A stretch of 10,459 nucleotides of DNA, taken from NCBI RefSeq assembly GCF_003334765.1, contig NZ_QOWT01000058.1, one strand, 5' to 3'. Every line of letters starts with the position of its first letter. Positions within the stretch are counted from its first letter, which is position 1. The DNA comes from Escherichia coli (GTDB lineage Bacteria; Pseudomonadota; Gammaproteobacteria; Enterobacterales; Enterobacteriaceae). Under the pieces are notes generated by a model. It ran no database searches and had not been told where the DNA came from. It worked only from the letters and a program-made list of their open reading frames with translations. Of this stretch, positions 6,512 through 10,459 are shown piece by piece. The position numbers were made by a program, and so were the translations under genes.

Positions 6512-6798
6512 TGGCGTATTTTCTGGATTTTGACGAGCGGGCACTAAAGGAATGGCGAAAGCTGGGCTCGACGGTACGTGAACAGTTGAAAAAGAAGCTG
6601 GTTGAAGTACTTGAGTCACCCCGGATTGAAGCAAACAAGCTCCGTGGTATGCCTGATTGTTACAAGATTAAGCTCCGGTCTTCAGGCTATCGCCTTGTAT
6701 ACCAGGTTATAGACGAGAAAGTTGTCGTTTTCGTGATTTCTGTTGGGAAAAGAGAACGCTCGGAAGTATATAGCGAGGCGGTCAAACGCATTCTCTGA
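6511..6798 (+). CDS. relE: RelE mRNA interferase toxin
   Basis: 95-aa ORF MAYFLDFDERALKEWRKLGSTVREQLKKKLVEVLESPRIEANKLRGMPDCYKIKLRSSGYRLVYQVIDEKVVVFVISVGKRERSEVYSEAVKRIL, recognised as RelE. It is translationally coupled to relB. Confidence 0.93.
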   Translation: MAYFLDFDERALKEWRKLGSTVREQLKKKLVEVLESPRIEANKLRGMPDCYKIKLRSSGYRLVYQVIDEKVVVFVISVGKRERSEVYSEAVKRIL

Positions 6799-6869
6799 AC
6801 CAAAGCATGACATCTCTGTTTCGCACCGAAGGTGACACTTCTGCTTTGCGTTGACAGGAGAAGCAGGCT

Positions 6870-7025
6870 ATGAAGCAGCAAAAGGCGATGTTAATCGCCC
6901 TGATCGTCATCTGTTTAACCGTCATAGTGACGGCACTGGTAACGAGGAAAGACCTCTGCGAGGTACGAATCCGAACCGGCCAGACGGAGGTCGCTGTCTT
7001 CACAGCTTACGAACCTGAGGAGTAA
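6870..7025 (+). CDS. hokD: HokD (RelF) Hok-family type I membrane toxin
   Basis: 51-aa ORF MKQQKAMLIALIVICLTVIVTALVTRKDLCEVRIRTGQTEVAVFTAYEPEE, not in the ORF track because it is short. It has a ribosome-binding site GGAG at 6857..6860. The Hok family signature is a transmembrane helix followed by LCE. Confidence 0.9.
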   Translation: MKQQKAMLIALIVICLTVIVTALVTRKDLCEVRIRTGQTEVAVFTAYEPEE

Positions 7026-7083
7026 GAGACCCGGCGGGGGAGAAATCCCTCGCCACCTCTGATGTGGCAGGCATCCTCAACGC

Positions 7084-7115
7084 ACCCGCACTTAACCCGC
7101 TTCGGCGGGTTTTTG
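7084..7115 (+). terminator. rho-independent terminator after the relB-relE-hokD operon
   Basis: Hairpin CCCGC-ttcg-GCGGG (7086..7099) followed by TTTTTGTTTTTATTTT (7100..7115). Confidence 0.6.
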
Positions 7116-7241
7116 TTTTTATTTTCAACGCGTTTGAAGTTCTGGACGGTGCCGGAATAGAATCAAAAATACTTAAGTAGCGCGCAGGGATAAGAGGGAT
7201 GGTCCCTTAAAGGGGAGAGCTAATTATCCGGAAGGATTCTG

Positions 7242-7493
7242 ATGATGAACATCGAAGAACTGCGTAAAATTTTTTGTGAAGATGGCCTCTATGCTGTGTG
7301 CGTTGAAAATGGAAATCTTGTTAGTCATTACCGCATTATGTGTTTGCGAAAGAATGGGGCTGCGTTAATTAATTTTGTGGATGCTCGGGTCACGGACGGA
7401 TTTATCTTGCGCGAAGGTGAGTTTGTCACTTCATTACAGGCATTGAAAGAGATCGGAATAAAAGCTGGCTTTTCTGCTTTTTCAGGAGAATAA
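7242..7493 (+). CDS. rem: Rem-like prophage protein
   Basis: 83-aa ORF MMNIEELRKIFCEDGLYAVCVENGNLVSHYRIMCLRKNGAALINFVDARVTDGFILREGEF..., matching Qin prophage Rem by memory and by its position between hokD and ydfU. Confidence 0.8.
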   Translation: MMNIEELRKIFCEDGLYAVCVENGNLVSHYRIMCLRKNGAALINFVDARVTDGFILREGEFVTSLQALKEIGIKAGFSAFSGE

Positions 7494-7559
7494 ACTCATC
7501 TACAATCTTGCGCGGGGCTGAACTCCCGCTGAGTAACACCGTGCCACCGGAGAAAACCG

Positions 7560-7838
7560 ATGGCACGCAACGCAAAATATTACAATTCTGATAATTCGCC
7601 CGTTCTTGCCTGCACGCACGGGCGGTATTCTCACGCATTCAAGTCTGAATGGTTCCAGCACCCTCCATGCACTGCAGAACAGGCCGAATGGCTGATTCAT
7701 TCTTACCGCAGGCGCGGGTTCGAGGTTAAGAAAGCTCTCAGTCTCGACTATCGGCACTGGATAATCTCTGTCAGGCTGCCTTATTCCGAACGCCCACCAC
7801 GTGCGTCCCGCACTTTCCAGCAACGGATCTGGAGGTAA
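7560..7838 (+). CDS. hypothetical prophage protein (92 aa), tightly coupled to ydfU
   Basis: GGAG sits 7 nt upstream of the ATG. Its stop at 7836..7838 is followed 1 nt later by the ydfU GTG start, whose ribosome-binding site GGAGG (7831..7835) lies inside this ORF. No recognised domain. Confidence 0.45.
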   Translation: MARNAKYYNSDNSPVLACTHGRYSHAFKSEWFQHPPCTAEQAEWLIHSYRRRGFEVKKALSLDYRHWIISVRLPYSERPPRASRTFQQRIWR

Positions 7839-7839
7839 C

Positions 7840-8889
7840 GTGCGGGTATTACTTAGACCTGTTCTGGTGCCTGAGCTTGGGCTGGTGGTCCTTAAGCCGG
7901 GCCGTGAATCCATACAGATATTTCATAATCCTCGAGTGCTGGTGGAACCGGAACCAAAAAGCATGCGTAATCTGCCATCCGGAGTCGTTCCTGCCGTTCG
8001 CCAGCCGCTGGCGGAAGACAAAACATTGCTGCCGTTTTTTAGTAACGAACGGGTGATTCGTGCTGCTGGCGGCGTTGGCGCATTGTCCGACTGGCTATTA
8101 CGTCATGTTACATCCTGCCAGTGGCCTAATGGCGATTACCATCACACTGAAACAGTCATTCACCGTTATGGTACCGGCGCAATGGTGTTGTGCTGGCACT
8201 GCGACAACCAACTGCGTGACCAGACATCGGAATCACTGGAGCTGCTTGCTCAACAAAATCTGACAGCATGGGTGATTGACGTCATCCGTCACGCAATAAG
8301 CGGTACGCAGGAGCGGGAATTATCTTTGGCTGAATTATCCTGGTGGGCGGTCTGCAATCAGGTGGTGGATGCACTACCTGAGGCTGTATCGCGTCGTTCG
8401 CTGGGATTACCAGCGGAAAAAATCTGCTCGGTGTACCGCGAAAGCGACATCGTACCGGGAGAGCAGACCGCCACCAGCATATTGAAACAACGCACAAAAA
8501 ATCTTGCACCGTTGCCTTACGCCCACCAGCAACAAAAATCACCACAGGAAAAGACGGTGGTAAGCATCACCGTTGATCCAGAGTCTCCGGAATCTTTCAT
8601 GAAGCTGCCTAAACGTCGCCGCTGGGTTAAGGAGAAATACACACGTTGGGTTAAGACACAGCCGTGTGCTTGCTGCGGTATGCCAGCCGACGATCCGCAT
8701 CATCTGATTGGTCACGGGCAGGGCGGAATGGGAACAAAAGCACATGATCTCTTTGTGTTGCCTTTGTGCAGAAAGCATCACAACGAGCTGCATACGGATA
8801 CAGTGGCATTTGAAGATAAGTATGGCTCCCAACTGGAGCTGATATTTCGTTTTATCGATCGCGCGCTGGCAATTGGCGTACTGGCGTAA
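7840..8889 (+). CDS. ydfU: YdfU-like DUF968 protein (HNH-like C-terminal motif)
   Basis: The track ORF 7801..8889 is trimmed to GTG 7840, which is preceded by GGAGG, giving 349 aa. The C-terminus CACCGMPADDPHHLIGHGQGGMGTKAHDLFVLPLCRKHHNELH has a Cys/His pattern like HNH/zinc-binding nucleases. Identity is from memory. Confidence 0.8.
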   Translation: MRVLLRPVLVPELGLVVLKPGRESIQIFHNPRVLVEPEPKSMRNLPSGVVPAVRQPLAEDKTLLPFFSNERVIRAAGGVGALSDWLLRHVTSCQWPNGDYHHTETVIHRYGTGAMVLCWHCDNQLRDQTSESLELLAQQNLTAWVIDVIRHAISGTQERELSLAELSWWAVCNQVVDALPEAVSRRSLGLPAEKICSVYRESDIVPGEQTATSILKQRTKNLAPLPYAHQQQKSPQEKTVVSITVDPESPESFMKLPKRRRWVKEKYTRWVKTQPCACCGMPADDPHHLIGHGQGGMGTKAHDLFVLPLCRKHHNELHTDTVAFEDKYGSQLELIFRFIDRALAIGVLA

Positions 8890-8902
8890 GTGGAGAACGA
8901 GC

Positions 8903-9655
8903 ATGAACCTTGAAGCCTTACCAAAATATTACTCCCCAAAATCTCCAAAATTGAGCGATGACGCTCCAGCGACAGGCACCGGTTGTTTAACAATTACGGA
9001 TGTAATGGCAGCGCAGGGGATGGTGCAGTCGAAAGCACCACTTGGGTTGGCCTTATTTCTGGCAAAAGTTGGTGTTCAGGACCCTCAGTTTGCGATTGAA
9101 GGCCTGCTAAATTACGCGATGGCACTGGATAACCCGACATTGAACAAATTGAGTGAAGAAATCCGGTTACAGATTATTCCTTACCTCGTGAGTTTTGCCT
9201 TTGCTGATTACTCCAGGTCTGCGGCAAGTAAGGCTCGCTGTGAGCATTGTTCAGGTACGGGATTTTATAATGTATTGCGCGAAGTGGTGAAACACTACAG
9301 ACGCGGGGAATCTGTAATCAAGGAAGAATGGGTGAAGGAACTATGTCAGCATTGCCATGGTAAGGGCGAAGCCAGCACAGCGTGCAGAGGGTGTAAGGGT
9401 AAAGGGATTGTTCTGGATGAAAAAAGAACCCGGTTTCATGGCGTACCGGTATATAAGATTTGTGGGCGTTGTAATGGAAACCGGTTTAGTCGTTTACCGA
9501 CCACGCTGGCACGACGTCATGTCCAGAAGCTGGTACCAGACCTGACCGATTATCAGTGGTATAAGGGGTATGCGGACGTCATTGGTAAACTGGTAACAAA
9601 GTGCTGGCAGGAAGAAGCATACGCGGAAGCGCAATTGAGGAAGGTGACGAGATAA
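8903..9655 (+). CDS. quuQ: Q-family late-gene antiterminator (QuuQ-like)
   Basis: 250 aa from ATG 8903, which has GGAG 6 nt upstream; the track ORF starts 10 codons earlier. Contains several CxxC pairs (CEHCSGTG, CQHCHGKG, CRGCKGKG, CGRCNGN) and is followed by a promoter-terminator pair arranged like lambdoid P_R'-tR'. Confidence 0.85.
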   Translation: MNLEALPKYYSPKSPKLSDDAPATGTGCLTITDVMAAQGMVQSKAPLGLALFLAKVGVQDPQFAIEGLLNYAMALDNPTLNKLSEEIRLQIIPYLVSFAFADYSRSAASKARCEHCSGTGFYNVLREVVKHYRRGESVIKEEWVKELCQHCHGKGEASTACRGCKGKGIVLDEKRTRFHGVPVYKICGRCNGNRFSRLPTTLARRHVQKLVPDLTDYQWYKGYADVIGKLVTKCWQEEAYAEAQLRKVTR

Positions 9656-9686
9656 ATGATTTTTGCTGAAGATGGCGACATGATGT

Positions 9687-9715
9687 TTGCATTTTTCAAA
9701 AAATATGGATAAAAT
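9687..9715 (+). promoter_or_regulatory. putative late promoter (P_R'-like sigma-70 promoter) downstream of quuQ
   Basis: -35 TTGCAT (9687..9692), 17-nt spacer, -10 TAAAAT (9710..9715), beginning 32 nt after the quuQ stop. Confidence 0.5.
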
Positions 9716-9760
9716 TTTTTCAACGATGGGCTTTGTATACCCGACGTTAAGAAAAAGTAG

Positions 9761-9790
9761 AAAACCCGCTGATGAGCGGGTTTTGTGCTT
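9761..9790 (+). terminator. rho-independent terminator (tR'-like, possibly bidirectional)
   Basis: Hairpin CCCGCT-gatg-AGCGGG (9765..9780) followed by TTTTGTGCTTT. An A-run precedes it, so it could also act on the minus strand. It lies about 50-60 nt downstream of the predicted start of the putative late promoter. Confidence 0.55.
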
Positions 9791-10076
9791 TAAATGGGGC
9801 AATGGTAATGTTGAATCTCATCCCGGGACTCATGTCTGTTAACTTATTATTTAGCTGGTGACTTGGTTATTTGCCTGATGTTTAAAATGTTTTCTTCCAG
9901 TACAATGTCCCTAAACACAATGAGTCTGCTTATTATATTATTAGCAGAGCTATTACGGCCAAAGTACAGCATAAGCTTTTAAAGCCAATCAACCAGTCAT
10001 CAAGACAGACGGGGTTATTCATAAAAACTCTCCATGTGTGATCCGATGGGGCCTGAAATTAAAGCTTTAATATAGC

Positions 10077-10289
10077 TCATGAAAGGTAAACATTGGCAGC
10101 TGAAGGGCCACGCAGACCATTTATCCGGCAAAATTCCACGCGTAATCCGGTGGTAATTTCTTCTGCATCGCGGAGATTGAGCGCTGAAACATGAAGCTGG
10201 ACATCGATACGACCATCGGATGGGGTGATAAGACCCTTGCCGCTTTTGCCGTCAAAGGTTTTGACAATTCCTGTCATTTTACGGGACAA
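10077..10289 (-). CDS. cspF: cold-shock-domain protein, CspF/CspH family
   Basis: 70-aa [73 protein letters not shown] with CspA-family motifs. It is convergent with quuQ. The first codon is TTG, with AAGGA 6 nt upstream. Confidence 0.8.
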
Positions 10290-10459
10290 AAAAATTCCTT
10301 AATACTGATAACTTGGCGCACTATACACACGTTCCTGAAGAAAGCTATAGTTTTTTGATGGGGTTGAAGATGGCTGGATGTCTAAGGAAGGTGCGAATAA
10401 GCGGGGAAATACTTCTCGGCTGACTCAGTCATTTCATTTCTTCATGTTTGAGCCGATTT

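Noticed and set aside
6807-6854. 15-codon leader ORF (MTSLFRTEGDTSALR) between relE and hokD, as a possible mok-like element
   Set aside because: No ribosome-binding site and too short to assess; it ends before the hokD start rather than overlapping it as mok does.
6254-7003. Minus-strand ORFs 6254..6634, 6687..6881 and 6782..7003 antisense to relB, relE and hokD
   Set aside because: Antisense to three confidently identified genes; frame shadows.
7426-8993. ORFs 7426..7638 minus, 7500..7913 minus, 8060..8263 plus, 8282..8545 minus, 8539..8904 minus and 8778..8993 minus within rem, ydfU and quuQ
   Set aside because: Embedded in or antisense to better-supported genes; GC-rich coding sequence often gives long antisense ORFs.
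9357-9802. ORFs 9357..9545 plus and 9494..9802 minus overlapping the quuQ 3' end and the late promoter/terminator
   Set aside because: They overlap quuQ and span a promoter and terminator; unlikely to be translated.
10049-10060. Perfect 12-bp palindrome TTAAAGCTTTAA just downstream of the cspF stop
   Set aside because: AT-only palindromes of this length are expected by chance in AT-rich DNA; no U-tract or GC stem for a terminator.
1-10459. CRISPR arrays, tRNA or rRNA genes
   Set aside because: No regularly spaced direct repeats and no tRNA-like conserved stems were seen on either strand.

Overview
Read by eye from the sequence and the ORF track, this 10.5 kb window looks like Escherichia/Shigella chromosome carrying part of a Qin-type cryptic lambdoid prophage, bounded on the left by insertion sequences and decayed DNA. 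All protein identifications are from memory of the protein sequences, not from a search. From right to left: cspF-like cold-shock gene (- strand), Q antiterminator quuQ followed by a late-promoter-like sigma-70 promoter and terminator, ydfU (DUF968), a 92-aa ORF, rem, then the relB-relE-hokD toxin-antitoxin operon with its palindromic operator, divergent ydfV, and flxA with a near-consensus sigma-28 promoter. Left of flxA is a 437-aa DDE transposase (ISNCY/IS481-like). Positions 1017-3650 are a decayed, partly AT-rich stretch: a methyltransferase-like gene broken by an in-frame TAA, short ORFs broken by in-frame TAG codons, a small two-helix membrane ORF, and a degenerate second copy of the hokD leader. 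The first ~1 kb is the 3' part of an IS3-family element. I found no rRNA, tRNA or CRISPR array, and no convincing evidence of an intact novel multi-gene system; the most unusual items are the hok-leader-like remnant next to the transposase and the small membrane ORF.
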